A stretch of DNA of 64,000 bases, taken from contig JBGCFW010000126.1 in the NCBI GenBank assembly GCA_045107155.1, positions 3,320 to 67,319 on the forward strand. The letters run 5' to 3'. Below are positions 54,887-64,000 of the stretch, one piece after another (position 1 is the first letter of the stretch; the number at the start of each line of letters is the position of its first letter). Below the pieces are notes generated by a model that was not told the DNA's origin, searched no databases, and saw nothing but the letters and a program-made list of their open reading frames with translations. This stretch comes from Ilumatobacter sp. (GTDB lineage: Bacteria > Actinomycetota > Acidimicrobiia > Acidimicrobiales > Ilumatobacteraceae). Position numbers and translations under genes: made by a program.

Positions 54887-57800
54887 TCACTGAGTGGAGA
54901 CAGGGTTCTCGACGGCAGCGTCGAGCAGCATCTCGGCCTTCGCGGCGATCTCTCGGTAACCGGATGCCTGTGCGAGTTCGAGCGCGTTACGAGCGGCCTC
55001 TCGGGCCTCCGTTGCGTCGCCGGGGCGCTTCCTGCGCAGCAGCATCTCGGCTCGACAGATCGCCGTTTGTGCACTCATCCAGCGCGCCTCGAACCCGTGC
55101 GCGATGACCTGCGCGCGTTCGAAGTGCCGCTGCGCATCGTCGAATCGTCCAAGCACCGTGGCGAGACGGCCCAAGCTGATGTCGATCGGTTCACCGACCT
55201 GGACCAAGTGGCCGGACATCTCGTTGGACAGCCCGATCAACGCGTCGTACAGCTGCTCGCTCGCGTCTTCGTGATCGAGCGTCGCAGCGGCATCGGCCCA
55301 GGCCACGAGCGCTTGGATCTGGAACATGTCGACGCTCGACTCGATGCCGGTCACGACTTCGGTGTCGAGCATCGAACCAGCTTCGGCCAGCTTGCCGGCC
55401 TTGGTGTGAATCAGCGTGCAGACCGCCCGGTACAGCGGCACGTCTGGCCGCTCGACCATCACCCTCACGCTGAATTCGAGGATCGGGGCGAGGTCTCCTC
55501 GGAGGTACGCGGTGTAGTACATCTGACCCTCGAAGATGAACCCCGCTTCCTCGTCACCGATCGACGTGGCGTGGTGGTATGTGTCCGTCGCCGCCTGCTC
55601 ATAGGCCTGGATGTCGCCTCGCACACCGGCGTCGAGGCAGCGAGCGAGGTGGGCAGGCAAGGTGAACATCGGCAGCGGCAGCTGCTCCGAGGTCGCGTGG
55701 ATGGCCGCGATCGCCTCGCGCGTCTCTCGAGCGAGACCGAGGCGGATCGAGGTGTTCAGCACGGTCGTCAAGCAGTTGGCGAACAGCAGCGGATCACTCA
55801 GCTCGAACGAGTGCGCGACACGCTTGAGCTCTTCGCTGACCTCTGCCAACTCAGCGCGGTCGAGACGGAAGTTGCGCGCTCGGGAGACTCGGACGAGTAC
55901 ACGAGCGATGGTCGCCGGGTCCCCGACCTCGCGAGCGAGTTCCATCGCCTCTCGGTAGTACGCCTCCGACTCGGCGCGATGGTCGGCGTCCCACTGCTCG
56001 TTCGCGAGGCTGGCCAGCAGGTCGGCTCGCTCAGCCGAACGCGTTGGGCCGATGGCGTCGAGCGTCGCACGCAGCATCGCGATGCGGTCCGCATCCAGCT
56101 CCCACACATGGGCGTTCATCCCCCGCGTGTTCGCGAGGGTTGACGCGACGAGGGTCTCGGTGTCGCCACGAGCCAGCGCAAGCCGCCCGGCATCGATGAG
56201 GGTCGTCCGGTGCTCGGCGTCGGCGGCGTTGCGTTGCTGTGTCCCGAGCTCGACCAGGATCGAGGCTCGCTCGGAGTCCTCCGCCGGGTCGAGGCAGTCG
56301 AGTGCACGACGAAACCAGGCGCCGGCTTCGACAGGTGCGAGTCGTCGGGCGGAGTGGCGCCCCGCGTCTCGGCAACGGCGCACCGTCTGGGCGCGACGAG
56401 TCGGGTCGTCGGCAGCGATCAGATGCGTGGCGACGGCGGGCACGCGGTCTCCCAGATCGGCTCCGTGGATCTGCTCGAGGGCGTCTGCGATGCGTGCGTG
56501 GACACGCGAGCGGCGACTCGCCGAGAGTTGGGCGGCGAGCGTGTGGTGGACGAGATCGTGCGCGAACGCGAACCGATCGCGACCGAGCGGCGCGTCGGTG
56601 ACCAATCCGGCCGACAGTGCGAGCTCGATCTGATCGAGCACTGCTTCCTCATCGATGCGCAGCACCAGCGAAAGGGCGTCGATCTCGAACTCACGTCCGA
56701 ACACGCTCGCGATTCTCAGCGTCTCGGCGATGTCATCGCCCAGCCGGCCCACCCGCTGGGCGACGACTCGCTGCACGGTTGGCGGGATGGCGGGATCGAC
56801 ATCCGGGTCGAGGATCGTCGCGACCGACCCGGTCTCACAGAGCGACCGGACCACTTCGGTGAAGAAGAAGGGATTCCCGCCCGTTTCGGTCGCGACCTTC
56901 GACGCGATCTGGGGTGCCAGCTCCCTGAACTCGGCGCCGACCATCTCCCGGACGATGCTCGTCCTGGCGGCTTCGTCGACGTTGTCGAGCGTCATCGTGA
57001 TGGCGACGTCGGCTCGTTCCAGGTCGGCCACGACATCGTGGAGCGGGTGGGTGTCGTGCAGATCGGTCGTTCGGTGCAGACCGATCACGACCATCGGTTC
57101 CTGCGCGTGGCGTGCGAGATATCGCAGGAGGTCGAGCGTCGACGAATGCGCCCACTGCATGTCGTCGATGACCACGACGAGTCGGCGTCGCCGAGCGACG
57201 TCGGCGAGGAGGTCCGCCGTGGCTCGGAACAACAGCTCCTGTTGGCTCGAGTCGTCGAGCTGTCCGTGTGCGTCCGACACGTCGTCGATACCGGTGTGCG
57301 CAAGCGACGGGATCATCATCCGCAGCGAGGGTCCGAACCGCTCCAGATGTCGCCTCGCCACGTGTGGCGGAACGTGGTCAGCGAGGTGGGCCAGCGCCTC
57401 GCGCCACGCCTGAAACGGGACACCCAGCGAGTCGTCGCAGCGGCCGTACAGCACAGCGGCGCCTGCGTCGTGCGCCGTCTTCGCGATCTCGGCCACCAGT
57501 CTCGTCTTGCCGATGCCCGGTTCACCGGCAACGAAGACGGTCCTCGGACCGGTCGCAGCGAGGTCATCCAAGACGGCTTCGAGCGTCGAGACCTCACGCC
57601 GACGGCCAGCCAGCTTGACGACGGTCGAACGATCGAACGCCGGCGGAAGAGGAACCGAGAACGAGGTGGACGGGAGGGTCCACGACGCACCGTCGCCAGA
57701 AGACGCCTCAAGAGCGCTGTACACCGCTGGTGCTTCGTCGACGATCTGCCGATACAGCGCGACGATCGACTGGGGCGGCGCGAGACCCTCGTCATCGAGA

Positions 57801-59230
57801 CTCGAGCAGAACCGCCGGTAGGCGTCGATCGCTTCCGAGCGTCGACCGGTGCGGAATCGCACCAGCATGAGATTCGACCACGAACGGTCTCGCGTCGGGT
57901 GCTCCAAGGCGAAGGCCTCGGCTTCGCCGGCGATCTCTCGATCTCGCCCGAGCGCCAACTCGGCTTCGATCAGATCGTCGATCGCGCCGAGACGAAGTTC
58001 GTCCAGCGCCGACCTCGCAGCATCCATCTGATCGCTGCGTGACACGCCGCCCAGCGATGCTCCGTCCCAACGTTCGATGGCGTCCCTCAGCGCTGCCGCA
58101 GCGTCTTCGGTCTCCCCGTACCGGAACTTGGTCTGAGCTGCTTCGATCGACGCACGGACGTCGTGCGCATCGACTTCGTGTGGGAGCGCCGCCAATCGGT
58201 AGCCATCGAGAACGTGCTCGATGCGCTCGCCGAGTTCAGGCGACATCGACTGGAGCTCGCGAACGTACCGACGTACTGCGCGCCGCGCCGTCGCTGGAGC
58301 GGCATCGCCCCACACAGCAGCGCTGAGCTCCTCGATCGAGCAGCGCTGTGGAGCCCGGAGCGCGAGATGGGCCATCACCGAGCGTCGATGGCGGCCACCG
58401 AGATCGTGAACGACTCCGTCGATCGACACGGCGACGTCGCCGAGCAGTCGCCACGAGACCGACCGCGCTCGCGGTGTCGCGCCGCCATCTTTGCCGTGAG
58501 CCTGTTCCGGCGGCGCGAACGAGCCGGACCGGATCGATGCGGCCAGGTCCGCGGTCTCGCGATCGGGTTCGACCCCGAACTCGTCGAGCAGAATTGCGGC
58601 GCACCGTTCGTAGGCGGCGAGGGCGGAGGCGCGACCCTCGATGACCGCCTGAGCGCTGATCATCTGGCGATGTGCCAGCTCGTTCCACGGCTCGATCTGG
58701 ATCATCTCTCGACTCAGGGAGCGGACGTCCGACCAATGGCCCTCGTCGGCTGCATGACGAGAACGCGACCCCAGCGATCGAATCGTCAGTGTCCGATGCT
58801 CCGCCCGTCGCGTGCTCATCCACTCGTTGAAGAGCTCGGCGCCATCGACTTCGATCCCCGCAAACGCTTCACCCGCGTACTCGACCGACCGGCCCTCTGG
58901 ACCGCCCTGTTCGATGGCGTGGAGGTCGATCCGCACCGGCCCGTCGAGCCCGACACTCGATCGATCGGTTCCGAGGTGAGGGACGTGTTGTCGGCTTCGG
59001 GTCAGTGCCACTCGGAGACTGCTTCGTGCTCGCTCCTCGGTGTGATCAGACCAGAGGAGGCCCGCCAACGTTCCTCGCGAGACCGGGATCTGGACATCGG
59101 CCAGGTACGCGATCATCAGCGCCGCCTTGATCGGGATCCGAGTGTCCACTCGCTCATCGCCGACCCAGATCTGCAGACGGCCAGACGCCACGACCCGTAG
59201 CTCCGGGTGTTCTGCCGACCTGTCGCCCAC
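54887..59230 (-). CDS. Large AfsR/SARP-type regulator: two wHTH-BTAD modules + STAND AAA ATPase + TPR
   Basis: LAGLLW...EPWNE.AHR (module 1), LSAAVW...HPTRDR.W..LM (module 2), Walker A GEPGIGKT, Walker B VVIDDMQWA, TGGNPFF, F.HDL. Confidence 0.88.
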   Translation of the reverse strand: MGDRSAEHPELRVVASGRLQIWVGDERVDTRIPIKAALMIAYLADVQIPVSRGTLAGLLWSDHTEERARSSLRVALTRSRQHVPHLGTDRSSVGLDGPVRIDLHAIEQGGPEGRSVEYAGEAFAGIEVDGAELFNEWMSTRRAEHRTLTIRSLGSRSRHAADEGHWSDVRSLSREMIQIEPWNELAHRQMISAQAVIEGRASALAAYERCAAILLDEFGVEPDRETADLAASIRSGSFAPPEQAHGKDGGATPRARSVSWRLLGDVAVSIDGVVHDLGGRHRRSVMAHLALRAPQRCSIEELSAAVWGDAAPATARRAVRRYVRELQSMSPELGERIEHVLDGYRLAALPHEVDAHDVRASIEAAQTKFRYGETEDAAAALRDAIERWDGASLGGVSRSDQMDAARSALDELRLGAIDDLIEAELALGRDREIAGEAEAFALEHPTRDRSWSNLMLVRFRTGRRSEAIDAYRRFCSSLDDEGLAPPQSIVALYRQIVDEAPAVYSALEASSGDGASWTLPSTSFSVPLPPAFDRSTVVKLAGRRREVSTLEAVLDDLAATGPRTVFVAGEPGIGKTRLVAEIAKTAHDAGAAVLYGRCDDSLGVPFQAWREALAHLADHVPPHVARRHLERFGPSLRMMIPSLAHTGIDDVSDAHGQLDDSSQQELLFRATADLLADVARRRRLVVVIDDMQWAHSSTLDLLRYLARHAQEPMVVIGLHRTTDLHDTHPLHDVVADLERADVAITMTLDNVDEAARTSIVREMVGAEFRELAPQIASKVATETGGNPFFFTEVVRSLCETGSVATILDPDVDPAIPPTVQRVVAQRVGRLGDDIAETLRIASVFGREFEIDALSLVLRIDEEAVLDQIELALSAGLVTDAPLGRDRFAFAHDLVHHTLAAQLSASRRSRVHARIADALEQIHGADLGDRVPAVATHLIAADDPTRRAQTVRRCRDAGRHSARRLAPVEAGAWFRRALDCLDPAEDSERASILVELGTQQRNAADAEHRTTLIDAGRLALARGDTETLVASTLANTRGMNAHVWELDADRIAMLRATLDAIGPTRSAERADLLASLANEQWDADHRAESEAYYREAMELAREVGDPATIARVLVRVSRARNFRLDRAELAEVSEELKRVAHSFELSDPLLFANCLTTVLNTSIRLGLARETREAIAAIHATSEQLPLPMFTLPAHLARCLDAGVRGDIQAYEQAATDTYHHATSIGDEEAGFIFEGQMYYTAYLRGDLAPILEFSVRVMVERPDVPLYRAVCTLIHTKAGKLAEAGSMLDTEVVTGIESSVDMFQIQALVAWADAAATLDHEDASEQLYDALIGLSNEMSGHLVQVGEPIDISLGRLATVLGRFDDAQRHFERAQVIAHGFEARWMSAQTAICRAEMLLRRKRPGDATEAREAARNALELAQASGYREIAAKAEMLLDAAVENPVSTQ

Positions 59231-59359
59231 CGCAATCGAATCTAGCCACTCGGCCGGGTCGGTTCTGATGCTGGGCGCACCTCACGGCGTGAGCGCCATC
59301 CTGCGCGATCGTGAGCCATACCTGCAACTCACGCGGGAGAACCCGCTCGATCGAGATCC

Positions 59360-59953
59360 ATGGGAGGCAGTACGTTCGCCGACGTGCCCGTCACCGTCGC
59401 ACCCGTCATCGACGCCACACACTTCGTGCACACGCCCCAACCTTCGCTGCGAGCAGCAGAACTCACGCTCCGGCCGTTCGAGCGAGCCGATGCACCGACC
59501 GTCGCGGCAGCGTTCTCGGATCCGGACATCCAACAGTGGCACGGCTTTCGTGTCGACGAACTCGACCAGGCTCGAGCGTGGATCGATCGGACACACACCA
59601 GATGGTCAGCGGCCCAGTCGGCCGACTGGGCGATCACCGACGGGTCGGTGGTCCTCGGCCGCTGCGCGCTGCACCTCGACTGCCGAGGCGGGACCGCCGA
59701 GATCGCCTACTGGCTGCTGCCCGAAGCGCGGGGGCGAGGTGTCGTCACCCGTGCTGTGCTCAGCGTCACCGATTGGGCGCACACCGAACTGCGGGTGCAC
59801 CGCATCTCGCTCCAGCACTCGACGCGCAACCACGCCTCGTGCGCCGTTGCGATGCGCGCCGGCTACGTCGCCGAAGGCACGGCGCGCCAGCAGGGTCTCC
59901 ACGCCGATGGCTGGCACGACATGCACCAGCACTCCCACCTCGCCACCGACTGA
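59360..59953 (+). CDS. GNAT/RimL-type N-acetyltransferase
   Basis: EIAYWLLPEARGRGV, HSTRNHASCAVA..AGY..EG; start uncertain. Confidence 0.88.
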   Translation: MGGSTFADVPVTVAPVIDATHFVHTPQPSLRAAELTLRPFERADAPTVAAAFSDPDIQQWHGFRVDELDQARAWIDRTHTRWSAAQSADWAITDGSVVLGRCALHLDCRGGTAEIAYWLLPEARGRGVVTRAVLSVTDWAHTELRVHRISLQHSTRNHASCAVAMRAGYVAEGTARQQGLHADGWHDMHQHSHLATD

Positions 59954-60034
59954 GCGATCGGTGGACGACGTGCAGCGCGCCTCTTGTCCGCCGATCGACG
60001 TGGCCGTGAAGTAGCCAGACCTACGCTGAGCCGT

Positions 60035-60436
60035 ATGAAGCTCGGCCTCGTGACCGTGATCGTCGATGACTACGACGAGGCGATCGACTTCTTCGTCGAC
60101 GCGCTCCGGTTCGAGCTCGTCGACGACTCGCCGTCAACCACCGACGACGGTCGACCGAAGCGCTGGGTCGTGGTCCGACCGCCCGGCGCCGACACCGGCA
60201 TCCTGCTCGCCCAAGCGGACGGCGACATGCAGCGCGCTGCCGTCGGTGATCAGTTCGCCGGCCGCGTCGGGCTGTTCCTCAACGTCGACGACTTCAGTGA
60301 CGCCCACGCCCACATGGCGGCGTCCGGTGTGACCTTTCTCGAGGAACCTCGTCACGAGCCCTACGGCACGGTGGCAGTGTTCGTCGACATCGCGGGCAAC
60401 CACTGGGACCTGCTCGGCCCGACGCCGCAGGCCTGA
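60035..60436 (+). CDS. VOC/glyoxalase family protein
   Basis: VDDYDEAIDFF, EPYGTVAVF.D..GN.WDL. Confidence 0.9.
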   Translation: MKLGLVTVIVDDYDEAIDFFVDALRFELVDDSPSTTDDGRPKRWVVVRPPGADTGILLAQADGDMQRAAVGDQFAGRVGLFLNVDDFSDAHAHMAASGVTFLEEPRHEPYGTVAVFVDIAGNHWDLLGPTPQA

Positions 60437-60502
60437 GCACACGACAAAGCGAGCGCGCCGGCCGGGTTCCAGACTGCTGCCTCGCTGCCGGGGCGGCCGC
60501 GG

Positions 60503-61420
60503 TCAGACGGCGAGTTCGCACCAGTGGCGGTACTGGTCGACCTCGCCGCGAATGATCTGGTGATACGTCTCGGCGATCGCAAGTGTCTTGGGCCCGGGAC
60601 AGGCGATCTCGCGATCGTCGACGGAGTTGACCGAGCTCACCTCGGCCGCCGTCCCGCACACGAAGGCCTCTTCCGCGACGTACAGGTCAGTCCGAGCGAT
60701 GTTGTCGACAACGGCCTCGAACCCGAGGTCGCGAGCGATGGTCAGAACGGTGGACTGCGTGATGCCTTCGAGCGCGCCGGCAGACAACGGCGGCGTGATC
60801 AGCTTGTCGTGTCGCGACACGAAGATGTTCTCACCGGAACACTCGGCGACCAGGCCGTTCGGCGCGAGCATCACGGCTTCGTCGTAGCCCGCCTTGATCG
60901 CTTCGACCTTCGCGAGCGACGAGTTGACGTAGTTCCCCGTCGTCTTGGCGGCCGGCGGCATGGTGTTGTGGTCATGGCGCGTCCACGACGAGGTCTTCAG
61001 ACGCACGCCCTTCGTGACGGCATCGTCGCCGAGATAGGCACCCCATGGCCAGCAGGCGATCGCGACCTCGACGGAACATGGCAACGTATTGAGTCCCATC
61101 TCGCCGTAGCCGAGGTACGCGAGCGGCCGGATGTAGCACGAGGAGAGCCCGGTGGCCGCAACGGTCTGCTTGCAGGCGTCGATGATCTCCTGCACCGAGT
61201 AGGGGATCACCATCCCGAGGATCTTCGCTGAGTTGAACAGCCGCTCGATGTGCTCGGTCAGGCGGAAGATCGCCGGGCCGTCAGCGGTCTCGTAGGCACG
61301 GATCCCCTCGAACACACCGCTCCCGTAGTGCAGCCCGTGAGTGAGCACATGAACCTGCGCGTCGTCCCAGTCGACGAGTTCGCCGTTCATCCAGATCTTG
61401 TCGGTGGGTGTGATTGGCAT
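60503..61420 (-). CDS. ilvE: Branched-chain amino acid aminotransferase
   Basis: HGLHYG.GVFEGIR, YIRP, K..GNY, E.SGENIF, LEGIT, GTAAE. Confidence 0.95.
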   Translation of the reverse strand: MPITPTDKIWMNGELVDWDDAQVHVLTHGLHYGSGVFEGIRAYETADGPAIFRLTEHIERLFNSAKILGMVIPYSVQEIIDACKQTVAATGLSSCYIRPLAYLGYGEMGLNTLPCSVEVAIACWPWGAYLGDDAVTKGVRLKTSSWTRHDHNTMPPAAKTTGNYVNSSLAKVEAIKAGYDEAVMLAPNGLVAECSGENIFVSRHDKLITPPLSAGALEGITQSTVLTIARDLGFEAVVDNIARTDLYVAEEAFVCGTAAEVSSVNSVDDREIACPGPKTLAIAETYHQIIRGEVDQYRHWCELAV

Positions 61421-61504
61421 GGGCAGGAGTCTCCCACGCCGACGTGTGTTGATCATCGCCGTCGGTGGTGTTGCCGGTGACAGGCTGATCTACTGGTCAC
61501 CGCC

Positions 61505-62188
61505 ATGGACGACACCACGACGGAACGACTCGTCAACGAACCGATCGACGTGACCGGGCTGCCACGGCTGCGCAGTGACGCGTTCGTCTCGGTCGACGCC
61601 CGCTTCGAACTGCCCTCGATCGTCGGGTGGATCGTCGCTGCGCTCGCGTTCGCGATCGTCGGTGTGATCGTCGCCGCGCAGTCGGGCGCGGCCGTTTGGT
61701 ACTTCGTCGGCGCCGGCGCCTCGGTCGTCGCCGTGGCGCTCGCCGTGTACACCCGGTTGGCCTCGTTGCGGGTCGCCTACCAGTTGCGCGATCACGACGT
61801 GTCGCTGCGCAGCGGCCTCATCTCGCACAGCGAGGCGACGGTGCCGTTCCGGCGTGTCCAGCACGTCTACCTCTCCCGCGGCGTGTTCGAGCGATGGCTC
61901 GGGCTCTCGACCCTGTCGATCAACTCGGCGGGACCCGACATCTCGGTGCCGGGTCTCGATGCCGACCTCGCAGCGTCTGTACGCGAATTCATCACGGTGC
62001 GAGCGGGCCTCGACACAGAGGGCAACGACCCCTTCGCCGACGACGGCGACGGCCCCTGGGGCCCGCCGACGTCCGTCGAACCCAGTCTCGAAGCGCCGCC
62101 GACTCCGACCACAGAACCCGCCGGCCCGCCACCGCCAGAACCACCAGCAACCGGGGGCTCGTCACCCGATCGCCCGACGTCGCCGTGA
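61505..62188 (+). CDS. YdbS-like membrane PH-domain protein with Pro-rich tail
   Basis: Two TM helices, then Y.L....V.LRSG......VPFRRVQHV...G..ER.LGL. Confidence 0.8.
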   Translation: MDDTTTERLVNEPIDVTGLPRLRSDAFVSVDARFELPSIVGWIVAALAFAIVGVIVAAQSGAAVWYFVGAGASVVAVALAVYTRLASLRVAYQLRDHDVSLRSGLISHSEATVPFRRVQHVYLSRGVFERWLGLSTLSINSAGPDISVPGLDADLAASVREFITVRAGLDTEGNDPFADDGDGPWGPPTSVEPSLEAPPTPTTEPAGPPPPEPPATGGSSPDRPTSP

Positions 62189-63627
62189 CCGCACTGCGCG
62201 AACCGAAACGACAGTCACCCTGGGCGATCGCCTTTCTCGGCTGGCGCATCGTGCGCTCGATCGGCGGGGTTCAGGCCGCGATCGCTCTGTTCTTCGTCTT
62301 CACGCGCGGTATCGGCAGCTGGCTCCTCATCGTCCTGCCCGTGCTCGCCGTCGCGATCGGGATCGCGGCCGGGCTCTCCTGGTGGCGCTTCACGTTCCAA
62401 CTCGTCGACGACGAGTTCATCGTCCGCTCCGGCGTTCTGCGCATCGACCGGCTGTCGGTGCCCATCGCTCGTGTCCAGAGCGTGTCGACGCAACAGGATC
62501 TCCTCCACCGCCTCGTCGGAGTGGTCCGCATCTCACTCGACACCGCCGGCTCCGAGGAGACCGAGTTCCGACTCGACGCCGTCGATCGCTCGATCGCCGA
62601 CGAGATGCAGCGAGCGGTCGGTCGCGTGCGACCTCACCAGGTCGACTCGTCAGCGAGCGGGCCTGCACACATCGGGGCCGACACGTCGACCGAGCCATCG
62701 GCGCGCACGTTGCTCGCGCACTCGCCGGGGCGCCTCGCCATCGCTGCTGTCACATCGTGGCCGTGGGCAGGGCTCGTCGTACTGGCGCCGCTGTTCGCCG
62801 CGCGCGATCAGGTGGGCGACGACCTCCCGGTTCCCGAGGTCGACCTGGAACGGGCGCAATGGTGGTGGGTCGCGCCTGGAATCGGGATCGTGGTGACCGT
62901 GGCGGTGGTCCTCAACGTCGTGCAGCTCCTCCTCCGGAACTGGAACCTCCGCGTCGAGGCCGACGACACCAACGTTCGCCGTTCGGCGGGTCTAGTGTCG
63001 AAGCGACGCGATGCGCGCGACGCCTCACGGGTCCAGGTGGTATCCACCGCGGCGAATCCGTTGCAGCGCGCCGTGGGCCTGTCGACGGTGGGGCTGTCGG
63101 TGAGCGGCGACGGAGACCTCGAAGTCATCGGATGCGACGCCGACGAGATCGCCCGGCTGAGCGCTGCGGTCGATCACGAGACCGTCACTGCGCTCGCACC
63201 AGCTCGCCGAATCGAACGAGCTGAGATCTGGTTGGCCACGAGGAACACCAGCCTCCTCGCTGCCGTCATCGCAGCGGCCACCGCGGTCCTGTTCGGGTGG
63301 TGGGCCCTGCTCGCGTTCGCGATCGTGCCGGTCACCTGGTTCAGGCGTTGGCGACACGTTCGCAACTTCCGATGGGACGTCACCGACACCGAACTGGTGG
63401 CCGTCGGTCGGATCATCGACGACTGGTCGGAGCAGTCGCTGCTGCGAAGCACCAACGGAGTCTCCGTGCGCCGCTCCTTCTATGAACGTCGACGCTCGCT
63501 CGCAAGCGTCGACGTCGAAACCGCCGCCGGCACGATCACGATCGGGATGCTGTCGATCGACGAGGCGAACGCGGTGCGCGATCACGTGCTCGCGTCCGTG
63601 CTGCTCGACGACCGCCCGTGGATGTAA
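62185..63627 (+). CDS. YdbT-like membrane protein with repeated PH domains
   Basis: WWRFTF..., RVQSV...Q..LHRL.G.V...LDTAGS; GTGA overlap with the upstream gene. Confidence 0.8.
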   Translation: MTALREPKRQSPWAIAFLGWRIVRSIGGVQAAIALFFVFTRGIGSWLLIVLPVLAVAIGIAAGLSWWRFTFQLVDDEFIVRSGVLRIDRLSVPIARVQSVSTQQDLLHRLVGVVRISLDTAGSEETEFRLDAVDRSIADEMQRAVGRVRPHQVDSSASGPAHIGADTSTEPSARTLLAHSPGRLAIAAVTSWPWAGLVVLAPLFAARDQVGDDLPVPEVDLERAQWWWVAPGIGIVVTVAVVLNVVQLLLRNWNLRVEADDTNVRRSAGLVSKRRDARDASRVQVVSTAANPLQRAVGLSTVGLSVSGDGDLEVIGCDADEIARLSAAVDHETVTALAPARRIERAEIWLATRNTSLLAAVIAAATAVLFGWWALLAFAIVPVTWFRRWRHVRNFRWDVTDTELVAVGRIIDDWSEQSLLRSTNGVSVRRSFYERRRSLASVDVETAAGTITIGMLSIDEANAVRDHVLASVLLDDRPWM

Positions 63628-63633
63628 CGCCAG

Positions 63634-64000
<367 letters not shown>

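Overview
A GC-rich, densely coding bacterial chromosome segment. Gene content and protein style suggest Actinomycetota, most likely class Acidimicrobiia (Ilumatobacter-like); this is inference. The left ~18 kb is an extracellular-polysaccharide and sulfate-activation locus: a truncated Wzz-like gene, an apparently inactive alpha/beta-hydrolase, a GH26 lipoprotein, a 2,798-aa secreted multi-lectin/Ig protein, a Wzy/O-antigen-ligase-like protein, an SLC13 permease, cysNC, cysD and a Cys-free Rrf2 regulator. The remainder is mixed metabolism: two acyl-CoA dehydrogenases, a VapBC pair, a degenerate pyruvate kinase, a diguanylate cyclase, an M14 peptidase, guaD, a GH92+GT4 pair, ribD, an HxlR-fbiC-ribA operon, dinB with an SOS box, hisC, galT, cimA, ppx, a 4CL-like ligase with a double-SARP regulator, ilvE and leuB. 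I found no rRNA, tRNA, CRISPR array, transposase or integrase. The strongest unexplained signal is the 585-bp intergenic region upstream of cimA. It holds a co-oriented DnaA-box cluster followed by a ~300-nt multi-stem structured RNA candidate with UUCG and GCAA tetraloops and its own terminator, which I cannot match to any RNA family I recognise. A second structured sRNA/micropeptide unit lies at ~19.5-19.7 kb. All calls come from reading the sequence by eye; no database searches were run.
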